A stretch of DNA of 64,000 bases from Spirulina sp. (GCA_044070495.1 JBIPSI010000005.1:64001-128000), one strand, 5' to 3'; positions 20,096-30,741 are shown, numbered from the stretch's first letter. Notes: generated by a model from the sequence alone, not told the origin. Numbers and translations: made by a program.

Positions 20096-21151
20096 AAAGG
20101 TGGCCCGAATGGCATTCTTGGCGGCTTCATGCTCTGCCAAGGTACGGCTAAAGACATGGGTGCCATCGTAGCGGGCAACGAAGAATAAATAATCCGTGTC
20201 CTCAGGGTTGAGCACCGCCTCTAGGCTGGCCTGGCCGGGGCTGGCAATGGGGGTGGGGGGCAATCCTGGGTTGATATAGGTATTGTAGGGCGAGGGGGTG
20301 CCCACCTGGGCCCAAGTGAGGGGTTGCTCTGGGGTTTGGGTAATACCGAGGCCGTATTCCACCGTGGGGTCGGCCCCCAGGGGAATGTTTTGCTCTAACC
20401 GATTGGTAAACACCCCGGCAATGGTGCCCCGTTCTTCCTCCACCACGGATTCCTTTTCCACAATGCTGCTGAGGGTGACCCAATCCAGCAACGATAGCTC
20501 CGTGGCGTTGGGGTCGTACAGCGGTAGGGCCACGGTTTCAAACTGCTGAAGCATGATGTCGCGCACCTGGGTTGCGGTGATCCCTGCGGCGGGTAGTTGG
20601 TAGGTGTTAGGGAACAAAAAGCCCTCTAGGTGGGGCAAGCCATCGGGAATCCAGGGAAACCGATCTCGCGGAATCTCCTCCGTCACCGCTAGAAACTCGG
20701 CGGCGAGGAAAAATCCCTCCTGCTCAAAGTAGTCTGCCATTCTGCGTCGATTCCAGCCTTCGGGAATGGTGAAGGAGGTCTGCACCACCTGCCCCGTCCA
20801 AATGATTTCGGCAATGTCGGTCATGGAACTGGTGGGGGCCAGGGCGTAGGTGCCCGCTTGGAATCCTCCCTCGTCGGTCTGCCGTGCCTGCCAGCGAGAC
20901 CATAGTTTCCAGGCCAAGGCCGAGCGGATCAGTCCCGCCGCCTCTAGGTCTTGACCAATCTGCTGCCCTGGGGTGCCAGGGGGAATTTGGATTTGGACAG
21001 TCTGGTCGGGACTTTGCTCAGCGGATTCGGCCACCACAGGACTGGTCGCCCAACTCCACCAGGCCCATCCCTGCCATGCGGCAATACCCGCTGCCACGGG
21101 CACCACAAGCCCTAGGAATCCCAATCTTACCCACTTTGAACCTTTCGCCAT
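20087..21151 (-). CDS. mltG: Endolytic transglycosylase MltG
   Basis: N-terminal TM, FTIPEG, LEGFLFPNTY, SIVEKE, DPTVEY, SPYNTY..GLPPTPIASPG. Confidence 0.95.
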   Translation of the reverse strand: MAKGSKWVRLGFLGLVVPVAAGIAAWQGWAWWSWATSPVVAESAEQSPDQTVQIQIPPGTPGQQIGQDLEAAGLIRSALAWKLWSRWQARQTDEGGFQAGTYALAPTSSMTDIAEIIWTGQVVQTSFTIPEGWNRRRMADYFEQEGFFLAAEFLAVTEEIPRDRFPWIPDGLPHLEGFLFPNTYQLPAAGITATQVRDIMLQQFETVALPLYDPNATELSLLDWVTLSSIVEKESVVEEERGTIAGVFTNRLEQNIPLGADPTVEYGLGITQTPEQPLTWAQVGTPSPYNTYINPGLPPTPIASPGQASLEAVLNPEDTDYLFFVARYDGTHVFSRTLAEHEAAKNAIRATFDN

Positions 21152-21287
21152 AACCTTGGGATTGCGCTGCTATCAGTGATCAACAATCTTGGATCAAGAA
21201 TTCTCTGGATCAAGAATTTCGGAACGACCTACCTCTCAGTGTAACCAGGTTCAGACTCTTGGCCCGTGCCAAATACGCCCCAGCACC

Positions 21288-21848
21288 CTACTCTAAAACA
21301 TCGAACAGTTTTTCCTCTAGGCTACCGCGAATGGTCTGAAATTCCTCTGGAGTCACGATATCCAGAGTGCCCTCGGCGGTGCGGTAGGCGAAGATCAGTA
21401 GGGGTTCCACGGGGGTGCAGAGGGTGTACTCCTGCTCGTCATGGAAGCAGGTGGCCAGAATTTGAAACTCCTCGGCCATGGGTTCTCCGGTTTCATCGAC
21501 CTCATCCAGTTCTAGGGTGAGGCAGTTTTCCTCATCCACGTCAGGCAACTCCCCCGAGGCCGTGAGAGTAATGGCCGTGTGTTGGAGCACGAGGTTTTGC
21601 TCTGCCAAGACAGCCTTGGCGGTGGGGAAAATACGCTCAATGTCCTCTTCTTCGATGTCCATCAGCACCTCGTCTTCCTCCTCCTGCTGCCACACGAAGA
21701 TTTCAATGGGGGGATCGAGGGGCAACAACAGCAGATATTCACGACCGTTTAGGTCAAAGCGTTGTTCCACCTGGCAGGGCAAAAATCGGCCTGAATCATC
21801 GGTGAGGACAACGGCTGAGTCGTCAAAGGCTTGGGTATCATCCGCCAT
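21288..21848 (-). CDS. DUF3727 family acidic protein
   Basis: Very acidic; IFPTAKAVLAEQNL.L..TAITLTASGELP; usual position between ruvX and mltG. Confidence 0.82.
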   Translation of the reverse strand: MADDTQAFDDSAVVLTDDSGRFLPCQVEQRFDLNGREYLLLLPLDPPIEIFVWQQEEEDEVLMDIEEEDIERIFPTAKAVLAEQNLVLQHTAITLTASGELPDVDEENCLTLELDEVDETGEPMAEEFQILATCFHDEQEYTLCTPVEPLLIFAYRTAEGTLDIVTPEEFQTIRGSLEEKLFDVLE

Positions 21849-21914
21849 GGAGGCTACTCTATAAACGTTGGATGGACAAACTGGGAGGAACGGCAGCGGT
21901 TAAAAACCGTGTTA

Positions 21915-22361
21915 TCAGAATATCCCATCCTGTTCCGCCCTTTGCCGTTCGTCCAACCAACGCTGCAAAATCAGCGCCGCCGCCTTGCGATCCACCAAAC
22001 CCCGATCATCCCTAGCGGATCCCCCCTGGTTCCGAATCAATTCCTCCGCCTCGATAGATGTAAATCGTTCATCGATGTAGACAACGGGGAGATCTAGGGC
22101 TTTGGAGAGGCCCGTGGCCATGCGCCGCACCTGTTTGGCCTGGGATCCCTCCTCCCCCGCTACTGTAAAGGGCAGGCCGACCACCAGCACCTCCACCCGC
22201 CGTTCGACCACCAGTTCCGCTAGTTCCGCCACCACCTGGTTAAAGGACTGACGGTAGATGGTTAATAAGCCAGAGGCCATCAACCCCAACCGATCACAAC
22301 CTGCCACACCGATGCGCTTGCGGCCAATATCGAGGCCCAACGCCGAAATTTCTTGAGTCAA
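21915..22361 (-). CDS. ruvX: Pre-16S rRNA nuclease YqgF/RuvX
   Basis: LGLDIGRKRIGVA, VVGLP, IDERFTS, DRKAAALILQ. Confidence 0.93.
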   Translation of the reverse strand: MTQEISALGLDIGRKRIGVAGCDRLGLMASGLLTIYRQSFNQVVAELAELVVERRVEVLVVGLPFTVAGEEGSQAKQVRRMATGLSKALDLPVVYIDERFTSIEAEELIRNQGGSARDDRGLVDRKAAALILQRWLDERQRAEQDGIF

Positions 22362-22396
22362 GCTGAAGTCCCTCTCTAACCTATCCCTCTCTAAAC

Positions 22397-23623
22397 CTAA
22401 AGATCGGGGGTTTCCGGAGTCTGGGGCCGCAGGGCCGAGGGATCAGTACTGTCGGGGGCTGGCGCAGGTTTGGGAGGTAAATCCGCTGCCCAAGTCATGC
22501 GTCCAGGAATCGGCTTAGCCGCTGGTTGCAGCCCCGTCAGCACATCGGATAATTGCAGCCCTTCGAGGGATATGGGCTTGCTTTCCCGCACCTTGTGCCA
22601 TACCGAACGGGACATCAGCAGGGTGTGGGATTCCGGGATCGCCTGCATTTGGGCCAGACATTCCTCTCGCTCCGGCTGGTAGTCCCGCGAGGTGAGGTGC
22701 AGGGGCTGGGCCGGGAAGGGCTGCAAAATCTTCGCCATCTGAACTATCAGTTCTGGATAGAGCCAGGTGTAGGCCGGATGAACGGTAAGTTCGGCGGTGT
22801 GGGGTTGGCGGCCATCGCGGCAAATGGTGAGCTGAAACTGGCCAATGGCGGCCTTGCGCTGCTGCTCGAAGACGTAGGCGCTGACGGTTTCTAGGTTGTT
22901 CACCAGCCGATCTACGGTGGCGTTGGCGGTGCCCATCACCCCACTCTTGAAGTCCTGGATTTGATGGTCAAAGACCTGACGCACCAGGGGCGGCATTGAG
23001 GCGGTATTGAGCTGGTACAGCAGTTGGGCATCGGCATTGCTGACGGGCAGCAAATTGGGCAAATCTGGCTCCCGCTGAGCCAACGTCGCGATGGCCTCCG
23101 GCAGCAACGACCAATAGGTGGTTTGGGCCAGGGGCTGAAACCCGTTAAAGCGGTACAGAGAGAGGGCGGTCTTATGGTTGACGTTCACCTCCAACATCCA
23201 GGTGCGGGCTTCCCACACCGCCTCGAAGCAGTGGCGCAGCAGGCGCGACCCCACATCCATGTAGCCCGTAATCATGAGCTTAGCGGCCACAGCGCGGTTG
23301 ACCACTACCCGCTCCACCTGCCAAGTGCTGCGGGTGCGGTTGAAGGGAGCCACCTGAATAAAGCCCACCAGGCACCCCTGGCGTTTGGCCACGAAGGTCA
23401 GCGAGGATTGAGCCACTGGACTTGGCATCCAGCTTAAAAGCTTGAGGGGGGCGTACCATCGGCGCTGGTGATCGAGCCAGGACACTACCGAGGCCGAGGA
23501 TAGGCTGTCATCTCCCGCATCCATGTCTTCGGGCTGCCACTGCATGAGATCGTCAAGATCGCGGTACTGCAATGGCCGTACCGTAAGCATTGGGCCAGTT
23601 GTCGTCATGCGGGCCATAGCCAA
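22397..23623 (-). CDS. GNAT family N-acetyltransferase (conserved cyanobacterial type)
   Basis: GSRLLRHCFE..WEARTWMLEVN..ALSLYRFNGFQPLA. Confidence 0.82.
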   Translation of the reverse strand: MAMARMTTTGPMLTVRPLQYRDLDDLMQWQPEDMDAGDDSLSSASVVSWLDHQRRWYAPLKLLSWMPSPVAQSSLTFVAKRQGCLVGFIQVAPFNRTRSTWQVERVVVNRAVAAKLMITGYMDVGSRLLRHCFEAVWEARTWMLEVNVNHKTALSLYRFNGFQPLAQTTYWSLLPEAIATLAQREPDLPNLLPVSNADAQLLYQLNTASMPPLVRQVFDHQIQDFKSGVMGTANATVDRLVNNLETVSAYVFEQQRKAAIGQFQLTICRDGRQPHTAELTVHPAYTWLYPELIVQMAKILQPFPAQPLHLTSRDYQPEREECLAQMQAIPESHTLLMSRSVWHKVRESKPISLEGLQLSDVLTGLQPAAKPIPGRMTWAADLPPKPAPAPDSTDPSALRPQTPETPDL

Positions 23624-23871
23624 GAACAGAGGAAACCGGTTATGAACTTATCTTAGCCGGTTTTCCGGTTTTCCACATCGCTCCACCGCTGTGAGGACTC
23701 AGGGATAGGGTAGGGTGAGGGCATCGAAGAATCTCGCCTCAGACAGCGGAATTTTCAAGGCCAGACGTTTACAAAACTTATAATTTGAGGCACGATTTCA
23801 TCATTGGTTGGTATTAGTCAATCGCTCCACGGCCCATTTCCCCATTTTGCAAGCGGTACTTGAGATTCACC

Positions 23872-24798
23872 ATGAGACGCCTTTTGACGATTGAACGCTA
23901 TTGCCTGTACGGACATTTGGTGGCCATGGCCTTCGGGCTGGCCGGATTGCTATGGGTGGTGCCTCACCCCGGCATCCTCAACTACTTGCCCGCTGGACAA
24001 ACGATGTTCCGCTGGAGCATGGCGGGGGGTGGCGTCGGCTATATTCTGTTGGGTACGGTGGCGGTGGCGCTCTACGGATACCGTACTCTGGGGCTGAAGG
24101 CTATTTTGGCCTTTGCGGCGGCAGCGATCGGCGTCTCTCTCTCCAGCGAACTGCTAGGAACTAGCACGGGCTTTCCCTTTGGTCACTACAGCTATCTCAA
24201 CGGCTTAGGCTACAAGATTGGTGGCCTGGTTCCCTTCACGATTCCGCTGTCCTGGTTTTATCTGGGGCTATCTTCCTATCTTTTGGCCCGTAGCGGTTTG
24301 AAGGCCACCGGGGTTCAATCCCCCCAGGCCGAATCCAGCTACGGCTGGCTGCGTTCCCTGGGAGCGATTTTTCTGGGATCTGTGCTGCTCACCTCCTGGG
24401 ATTTTGTCCTCGATCCAGCCATGAGCCAAACCGCCCTGCCCTTCTGGTACTGGCATGAGCCCGGTGCCTTCTTTGGGATGCCCTACCAAAACTTTGCGGG
24501 CTGGCTGGGTACCGGGGTGGTCTTTATCTCCGTTGGCTTGTCCCTCTGGCGGGTTTTGGGTGTGGGGTTAGAGCCGCCCAAGTCCGTGACAATTCCTCTG
24601 ATTGTCTACATTGGCAACTTCACCTTTGCCATGGTAATGAGCCTCGCCGCTGGGTTCTATGTGCCGATTGCCATGGGAATGATCACCGGGCTGATTCCGG
24701 CCATTCTCTGCTGGCGCACCGCCAACCAAGGGGATATCGATGGGGATGCAGCCCTTGATCCAGCGGTGGCTCCCCCGGCCAATGCGGCCCTCAAGTAA
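23872..24798 (+). CDS. cruF: Carotenoid 1'-hydroxylase CruF (myxoxanthophyll pathway)
   Basis: SELLGTSTGFPFGHYSY, VPFTIPLSW, WDFVLDPAM, GMPYQNFAGW; directly upstream of cruG. Confidence 0.9.
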   Translation: MRRLLTIERYCLYGHLVAMAFGLAGLLWVVPHPGILNYLPAGQTMFRWSMAGGGVGYILLGTVAVALYGYRTLGLKAILAFAAAAIGVSLSSELLGTSTGFPFGHYSYLNGLGYKIGGLVPFTIPLSWFYLGLSSYLLARSGLKATGVQSPQAESSYGWLRSLGAIFLGSVLLTSWDFVLDPAMSQTALPFWYWHEPGAFFGMPYQNFAGWLGTGVVFISVGLSLWRVLGVGLEPPKSVTIPLIVYIGNFTFAMVMSLAAGFYVPIAMGMITGLIPAILCWRTANQGDIDGDAALDPAVAPPANAALK

Positions 24799-24812
24799 GC
24801 CATCCAGGAGAA

Positions 24813-26042
24813 TTGTCGTTGTCTTCCTTGCTGCTGTCTTTTCCCTGGTTGAGCGGCGTTGCCCTGCTGCTGATCGTCCTCCAACTGCCCATGGTCGCGG
24901 TGCTGCTTTCCCGGCTGATCACTGGCCCCCTGCGTAGGCCACCCTTGGCTCCCCAATCGGCCACCCTGAAGGAATTGGGGACGGTTTCGGTGGTGGTGCC
25001 CACCTTAAACGAAGCCCAGCGCCTTGCCCCCTGCCTGGAGGGACTGACCCATCAGGGCTATGAGCTGCGCGAGGTACTGGTCGTCGATAGCCGTTCCACC
25101 GATGGCACCCAGGATGTGGTCACCACCTATCAACGGAACGATCCTCGCATCCGTCTACTCACCGACGATCCGCTACCGTCGGGTTGGGTGGGGCGGCCCT
25201 GGGCACTAGACTACGGCTTTCGCCACAGCTCCCCCGCTAGCACCTGGTTTTTGGGCATTGATGCCGACACCCAGCCGCAACCGGGGTTAATCGCGGCCCT
25301 AGTCCAGGCCATGGAGCAGGAACGTTATGACTTGGTATCCTTAGCTCCCCGGTTTATCCTCAAAACCGCTGGGGAGATGTGGTTGCAACCCGCCCTACTG
25401 ATGACTCTGATCTACCGCTTCGGCCCCGCCGGAAATCGAGGCTCCCAGCCCCAGCGGGTGATGGCCAATGGGCAGTGCTTCATGGTGCGGCGATCCCTGC
25501 TGGAGTCCCTAGATGGCTACAGTTCCGCCCGTGCCTCCTTTTGCGATGATGTCACTCTGGCCCGCAATGCCGCTGTTCAGGGGGCCAAGGTGGGCTTTTG
25601 GGACGGCAGCCGCCTGCTGAAGGTGCGCATGTATGAAGGTTTAGCCGAAACCTGGCAAGAATGGGGCCGCTCCCTCGATCTTAAGGATGCCGCTACACCG
25701 GAACAAACCTGGTGGGATGTGGCTTTCCTGGCGCTAGTACAGGGGCTACCTTGGCTGCTGACGCCCTTGCTCATGGTGATGAAAGCTCTGCATTGGGCTG
25801 AATGGTCTTTGGCTCTGCAACTGCTGCTGGTGATGAACGGATTTTTGCTATTCACACGAATCGGGATGCAAGCCGCCGTTCTATCTGCCTATGACCTTAG
25901 CCAAGCCCAGGGCAAATGGGCCTTTTGGCTATCTCCCCTGGCCGATGTGGCGGCAGTCTATCGCATTGCTCTGTCGTCCTGGCAACGCCCCACCCAGTGG
26001 CGCGGGCGGCAGTATCCCGCCCCCGGTACGCTCTCCTCCTAA
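24813..26042 (+). CDS. cruG: Carotenoid 2'-O-glycosyltransferase CruG (GT2)
   Basis: VVPTLNEA, VDSRSTDGT, GWVGRPWAL, DADT, ANGQC, FCDDVTLAR; paired with cruF. Confidence 0.88.
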   Translation: MSLSSLLLSFPWLSGVALLLIVLQLPMVAVLLSRLITGPLRRPPLAPQSATLKELGTVSVVVPTLNEAQRLAPCLEGLTHQGYELREVLVVDSRSTDGTQDVVTTYQRNDPRIRLLTDDPLPSGWVGRPWALDYGFRHSSPASTWFLGIDADTQPQPGLIAALVQAMEQERYDLVSLAPRFILKTAGEMWLQPALLMTLIYRFGPAGNRGSQPQRVMANGQCFMVRRSLLESLDGYSSARASFCDDVTLARNAAVQGAKVGFWDGSRLLKVRMYEGLAETWQEWGRSLDLKDAATPEQTWWDVAFLALVQGLPWLLTPLLMVMKALHWAEWSLALQLLLVMNGFLLFTRIGMQAAVLSAYDLSQAQGKWAFWLSPLADVAAVYRIALSSWQRPTQWRGRQYPAPGTLSS

Positions 26043-26151
26043 CCCTGCCCAAATCCTAGCCGCTAGGCCAGCCATTTTGCCAAATTCGGGACATTTAGGG
26101 TTTCTAGGCGGTCTAGGCGGGACTCTGGGACGTTGGCGTTGGTCATTTCGG

Positions 26152-26619
26152 TTAGCTCCAGTCGGTAAAGGGATGGCGAGCTAGGTTGGAGTTGCTATAG
26201 CGCAGGTCGTAGGTCACCTCTTCCCCAATCCAGTCGGGGAGGCGCACGGGTTGATCGGGTGAAGTCAGTTCCACCTCGGCGATGATGAGCCCTGCGTTGG
26301 CCCCAAAGAACTCATCCACCTCCCACACCACATCGTCCAGGGGAATACGGTAGCGCTGCTTTTCAATCAGGGGCGGCTGGCAGAGGGTAGACAGAATGGT
26401 TTCGGCATCCTCCAGGGGAATCGGGTACTCAAATTCTGGGCGCACCATTCCCACCGCTGGCCCCTTCAGGGTGAGATAGCCCTGGTCTCCCACCACCCGA
26501 ACCCTCACGGTACGGGCATCCTGGGTGGGGATATAGCCCTGGCGCAACCGCAAGCCTGGGTCATCGCTACGCCAGTGATGATTCGTGACTAAAAATTTCC
26601 GCTCAATTTCCTGCCCCAT
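26152..26619 (-). CDS. CYTH domain protein
   Basis: EIERKFLV, VRVR, LTLKG, EFEY, IEKQRY, WEVDEF, AEVEL. Confidence 0.92.
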   Translation of the reverse strand: MGQEIERKFLVTNHHWRSDDPGLRLRQGYIPTQDARTVRVRVVGDQGYLTLKGPAVGMVRPEFEYPIPLEDAETILSTLCQPPLIEKQRYRIPLDDVVWEVDEFFGANAGLIIAEVELTSPDQPVRLPDWIGEEVTYDLRYSNSNLARHPFTDWS

Positions 26620-26640
26620 GGGTATGTCCTAAATTGCTTC

Positions 26641-27621
26641 CTAAGTCATTAACTGGTTGTGGAGGTACAAAAACGCCTCCACGGCTCTGGCATCGGGTTG
26701 GGCCGTCATGGCTCCGGGCTGGGTTGCCGTAAGCGCCCCGGAGGCACTGGCATACTGTACAGCGGCTTGTAAAGGATCCTCGTTTTCCAAGAGATCCATC
26801 CCTTGCCGGGTCAGTTGGTGGAGAAATCCAGCTAGAAAGCTATCCCCTGCCCCCGTGCTGTCCTCGCAATCTACGGCATAGGCTGGGACGTAGCCGTTTA
26901 GGGTGGCGGTGGCGTAGTGGCAACCCTTGGCCCCGTCGGTCAACAGCACCAATTTGGCCGATAGACGCGCTTGAATCGTCTCTGCTTGGGTGGTCTGAAA
27001 CAGGATCTCTGCCTCTTCCCGGTTCAGCTTCAGAATATCCACCTGAGCCAAAAAAGCCTGGATAATCGGAATTGCCTGCTCTGGCTGGGGCCAAAACACG
27101 GGTCGCCAGTTGAGGTCAATCACCGTGATGATGCCGTTCTGCTTGGCCCAGGCCCAGGCGGTTCGCATACTCTGTCCCAGGTTCTCGTAGGCCAGCCCCA
27201 GGGTGCCCATTACCAGGTATTGGACGGTTTCAAAGCTAGCAAAGTCAATCGGGTCGGCCCCTAGGTAGGCATCGGCAAAACGGCTGGGGTCGGGCAGGCT
27301 AAACCCCACAAAGGTACGCTCTCCCTGAGCATCTCGGTTCACCAGTACCACACGGGTGGGGTGGGCCGTTGTCCATTGCAGCGCCGTGCAATCGACTCCC
27401 GCATCCTGCAAGGCCGCTTCTACCTGTTGACCCTGGGGGTCGGTGCCGAGGCAAGTGATCAGGGCGGCGGGGGTGCCCAACTTGGCCAGGGCCGTGGCTA
27501 CATTCGCCGGAGCCCCACCGGGATGATCGATCCAAAAGGGAGTATTCGGAGTTTGACCGTCGCGGCGATCAAAAATTCGGTCAATCAGGGCCTCGCCCAA
27601 ACAAACTACCCGTGGGGCCAT
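26641..27621 (-). CDS. PfkB family carbohydrate kinase (fructokinase-like)
   Basis: GGAPANVA..LAKLG, DLNWRP, DSTGAGDSF. Confidence 0.92.
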   Translation of the reverse strand: MAPRVVCLGEALIDRIFDRRDGQTPNTPFWIDHPGGAPANVATALAKLGTPAALITCLGTDPQGQQVEAALQDAGVDCTALQWTTAHPTRVVLVNRDAQGERTFVGFSLPDPSRFADAYLGADPIDFASFETVQYLVMGTLGLAYENLGQSMRTAWAWAKQNGIITVIDLNWRPVFWPQPEQAIPIIQAFLAQVDILKLNREEAEILFQTTQAETIQARLSAKLVLLTDGAKGCHYATATLNGYVPAYAVDCEDSTGAGDSFLAGFLHQLTRQGMDLLENEDPLQAAVQYASASGALTATQPGAMTAQPDARAVEAFLYLHNQLMT

Positions 27622-27652
27622 GGCGCGTGGTGGTAAAGGATTACCCTAGGGC

Positions 27653-28624
27653 TCAGAATACCCGCCGCAGCACGTAGTCGGCAATATCTTGGAGGGCTTG
27701 CTTTGCCGCCGAGGGGGGCAGAGAGGCCAAACATTCCACCGCCAGACGAGACTGCTCCGCCGCCAAATCCCGCGATTTCTGGATACCGTTGCCTTGGTGA
27801 ATTAGCTCAATGGCCTGGTCAAAGTCGGAGGCTTCCGCAAATTCCCGCTCAATCAGGGTGGCGAGGAAGGGCTGTTCGGCCATGGTGTAGAGCACCGGGG
27901 CAGTGAGGTTGCCGCTGCGGAGGTCAGAACAGGCGGGTTTGCCCAGCACCTCGTCGGAACTGGTGAAGTCGAGGATGTCGTCCACAATTTGGAAGGCCAA
28001 CCCCAGGTGACGACCGTAGGCATAGAGCTGGTTGATGGTGACTTCGGAGATGTCGCTGAGTACCCCTGTCGCCTTGGCGCTGTTGGCCAAGAGCGACGCT
28101 GTTTTGAAGTAGCTTTTTTCCAAATAAGCGTCGATGGATAGGCTGGTATCAAAGCGATTTAGGCCCTGCTGAATTTCCCCTTCGGCCAAGTCCATAATCA
28201 CCTGGGACAGCAGCTTTACCACCCGCAGGTTGTCGAGGTTGGCCAGGTACCAGGAGGACTGGGCAAAAAGGAAATCCCCCGCCAGCACCGCAATGCGATT
28301 GCCAAAGCGGCTGTGGACGGTGGGCACCCCCCGCCGCACACTGGACTCGTCCACCACGTCATCGTGCACCAGGCTGGCGGTGTGGATCATCTCGGTGATC
28401 TCGGCCAGCCGTCGATGTTTCGGCGTAATCTCCTGATTGGCCATGGTGGCCTTGGCTAACAGCAGCACAATGGCAGGGCGAAGGCGCTTGCCCCCGGCCC
28501 CAAAAAGATGCTCAGCGGCGGCGGACAGAATCGGATGCCGTGCCCCCACCAACCCCTTGAGGTTGTGGGTGAGGAGGTCAAGATCGGTCTCAACCGGCGC
28601 GAAAAGGGAGGTTACTGAAGTCAT
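27653..28624 (-). CDS. sds: Solanesyl diphosphate synthase
   Basis: GKRLRP, HDDVVD, FQIVDDILD prenyl-synthase motifs. Confidence 0.92.
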   Translation of the reverse strand: MTSVTSLFAPVETDLDLLTHNLKGLVGARHPILSAAAEHLFGAGGKRLRPAIVLLLAKATMANQEITPKHRRLAEITEMIHTASLVHDDVVDESSVRRGVPTVHSRFGNRIAVLAGDFLFAQSSWYLANLDNLRVVKLLSQVIMDLAEGEIQQGLNRFDTSLSIDAYLEKSYFKTASLLANSAKATGVLSDISEVTINQLYAYGRHLGLAFQIVDDILDFTSSDEVLGKPACSDLRSGNLTAPVLYTMAEQPFLATLIEREFAEASDFDQAIELIHQGNGIQKSRDLAAEQSRLAVECLASLPPSAAKQALQDIADYVLRRVF

Positions 28625-28903
28625 GGACAGCCGAGGAAGGCGATTATGGTTACGTTTTTTAACATAGTCTACCGTTATTTTAAGCTAACCCCCAGAGATG
28701 TGGCGGCATTGAACAGGCATTTTAGCTGGCCCGATTCTGCCCAGATTCGGGATTTATCCTCCTAAAGCTCCTCAAAAGGGGAAAAATTACCCCTCGAATA
28801 GGGGTTGCCAACCCATCGAAAAGGCCAGATGCCATGGGCTGTCCAACCCAGATCAATATCTGCCATCAACTTCTTCAACGTCTCTCCTAGTCAGGGAAGC
28901 GCG

Positions 28904-28912
28904 TGTTAAGAT
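28904..28912 (+). promoter_or_regulatory. Putative extended -10 promoter (TGtTAAGAT)
   Basis: Matches TGnTAnnnT, directly upstream of a structured non-coding stretch. Confidence 0.4.
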
Positions 28913-28917
28913 ACAAA

Positions 28918-29186
28918 GTAAGACTTTTCTAAAGTAAGCGGCTTAGGTTTCTTATTTTTCCATCGTCGTCAGTCTGAAATTGGGTAGCCTTTGGGTGTTT
29001 AGGCCAGCGGTTACCTGCGTTTCCTCTAAGTGCTCGTCGGTCTCAGCCGTGTTTGCGGCGATGCAGACTGTCCTTAGGCGTCTGGGACTTTCCTTCGATG
29101 GATGAATGCCGCTACAACTCATAGGTGCTGTGCGCTCAAGGGAGCCTTAGTTCTAGTGTTCATAGCTAGGACACTAGGGCTGGTTT
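28918..29186 (+). ncRNA. Candidate structured RNA or long 5' leader
   Basis: Nested complementary segments (28937-42/29108-13, 28959-65/29096-102, 28970-76/29064-70, 28982-89/29009-16) and a 13-bp hairpin at 29149-29181. Confidence 0.35.
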
Positions 29187-29361
29187 TGGGCAATCTTGCG
29201 GATCATCGCTATCTTCTTCGCAGGCTGGTTTTTCAATGCAGAAAAGCCAGCAGGTTTTGGGCGTTGGAATAACGGTGATAACGGGCCTAGGCTACTTCCC
29301 TGAGTTGAGATCTGCGCTGTTTGTTTGCTCCTACCCGTTCTGCCTATCCGTTGTGACTGTC

Positions 29362-29469
29362 ATGGCCGTGAATACCACTACGTTCATCATTCCCGTTCTT
29401 GCTGTGGCCTACCTGGTCTTGGTCTATAGTGTGTTGCTGTGGTGGTCTAGGCGTTCTACGGCGCGCTAG
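29362..29469 (+). CDS. Small single-TM protein (35 aa)
   Basis: MAVNTTTFIIPVLAVAYLVLVYSVLLWWSRRSTAR: hydrophobic core and basic tail; track ORF starts at 29236. Confidence 0.5.
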   Translation: MAVNTTTFIIPVLAVAYLVLVYSVLLWWSRRSTAR

Positions 29470-29588
29470 TAGGGCAAATTCGGTCGGGTCTGCTGCCCGT
29501 AAGCGACCCTGTCCATGGCTAGGGTTAACGATCTAGCCTCCAAGACCAAGACCCTGGATGGATCTGAATCCCGTGCTGATGACTCACC

Positions 29589-30692
29589 TCAAGGCTGGAT
29601 TGGATAAATTCTCAGCGGTTGGGGGGGAAGGGCAGGGTTGACCTGCCCGCCAACGGGGATGACCTGGCTGGCGGATTGGCGAGCGTAGAGGATATGCCCA
29701 GAGGGGGTAGAGAGGCCATACTTGTATTCTCGGCCCAGAAATTGGCGACTGTTCACCCGCAGGAGTCCGTTGTGGTCCACGGGTTGCAACGAGAGGTCTT
29801 CCTGGCGAACCATGATTTCTCCCTGGGCTAGGGTGTCGTCAGGGATAGATCCGTTGGCCTGGATCACTTGGGTGAACAGACCGAGCTCGGTTTCCCAGCC
29901 CTGGGGGGTGCGGCGAGCGGGCAGGAAGTTAGCCTGGGTGACAAAGCTGGCAATGAAGCGGGAGGCCGGGGCCATGTAGACCGCTTCGGGGCTACCCCAC
30001 TGTTCTAGCCGTCCCTGGCGCATCACCGCGACTTGGTCTGCAATGGCGAGGGCTTCCTCTTGGTCGTGGGTGACAAAGACCCCGGAGGCGTTCACCTGCT
30101 TAAGGACATCCCGCACCTCTTGGCGCAGATGTAGGCGCACCTGTACGTCCAAATTACTGAAGGGTTCATCCAGCAAAATAATCGTAGGCCGAGGGGCCAG
30201 GGCACGGGCTAGGGCCACCCGCTGCTGCTGCCCACCGGAAAGTTCGTGGGGGAAGCGGGACTCAAACCCGGTCAGACCCACGAGGGCAATGGCCTCCTGG
30301 GTTTGGGTGTGCACCTGCTTAGGATTCAAGCTGCCTAGACGCACTAAGGATTGCAGCCCAAAGGCCACATTTTTCTCCACCGTCAGGTGGGGAAAGAGCG
30401 CATAGTCCTGAAAGACAATGCCCACATCCCGCCGTTCTGGGGGTAGCCAGCAGGGGCCACAGACGGGCTGCTGGCCCAGGGAGATGGTGCCTTGGTCGGG
30501 GCGTTCAAACCCGGCAATCAGACGCAGCAGGGTGGTTTTGCCGCAGCCGGAAGGGCCGAGTAGGGCCAGAATCTCGCCCTGGCGCAATCCGAGACTCACT
30601 CCATCTACCGCCGGGGGGGCGTTGGGGGTGTATCGCTTTGTGATCGCATCAAGGCGCAGAATATCCAATGAAGTCATTGCGTTGGTCAGCAT
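29589..30692 (-). CDS. futC: ABC transporter ATP-binding subunit, Fe3+ uptake FutC/FbpC type
   Basis: [38 protein letters not shown]-terminal TOBE-like region; Fur-like box upstream. Confidence 0.8.
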   Translation of the reverse strand: MLTNAMTSLDILRLDAITKRYTPNAPPAVDGVSLGLRQGEILALLGPSGCGKTTLLRLIAGFERPDQGTISLGQQPVCGPCWLPPERRDVGIVFQDYALFPHLTVEKNVAFGLQSLVRLGSLNPKQVHTQTQEAIALVGLTGFESRFPHELSGGQQQRVALARALAPRPTIILLDEPFSNLDVQVRLHLRQEVRDVLKQVNASGVFVTHDQEEALAIADQVAVMRQGRLEQWGSPEAVYMAPASRFIASFVTQANFLPARRTPQGWETELGLFTQVIQANGSIPDDTLAQGEIMVRQEDLSLQPVDHNGLLRVNSRQFLGREYKYGLSTPSGHILYARQSASQVIPVGGQVNPALPPQPLRIYPIQP

Positions 30693-30741
30693 GGGAACCA
30701 GGGAAGGAAAGGCCCGCCCTGCCAGACATCCTACCCTTTAT

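Noticed and set aside
26152..26619. Second adenylate cyclase (CYTH)
   Set aside because: Most short CYTH proteins are triphosphatases, so cyclase activity cannot be inferred from sequence.
28918..29115. 6S RNA, tmRNA or RNase P RNA
   Set aside because: No recognisable conserved motifs or tRNA-like ends, and not in the usual purK context for 6S.
29362..29469. PatS/PatX-type patterning peptide
   Set aside because: No RG(S/T)GR motif.
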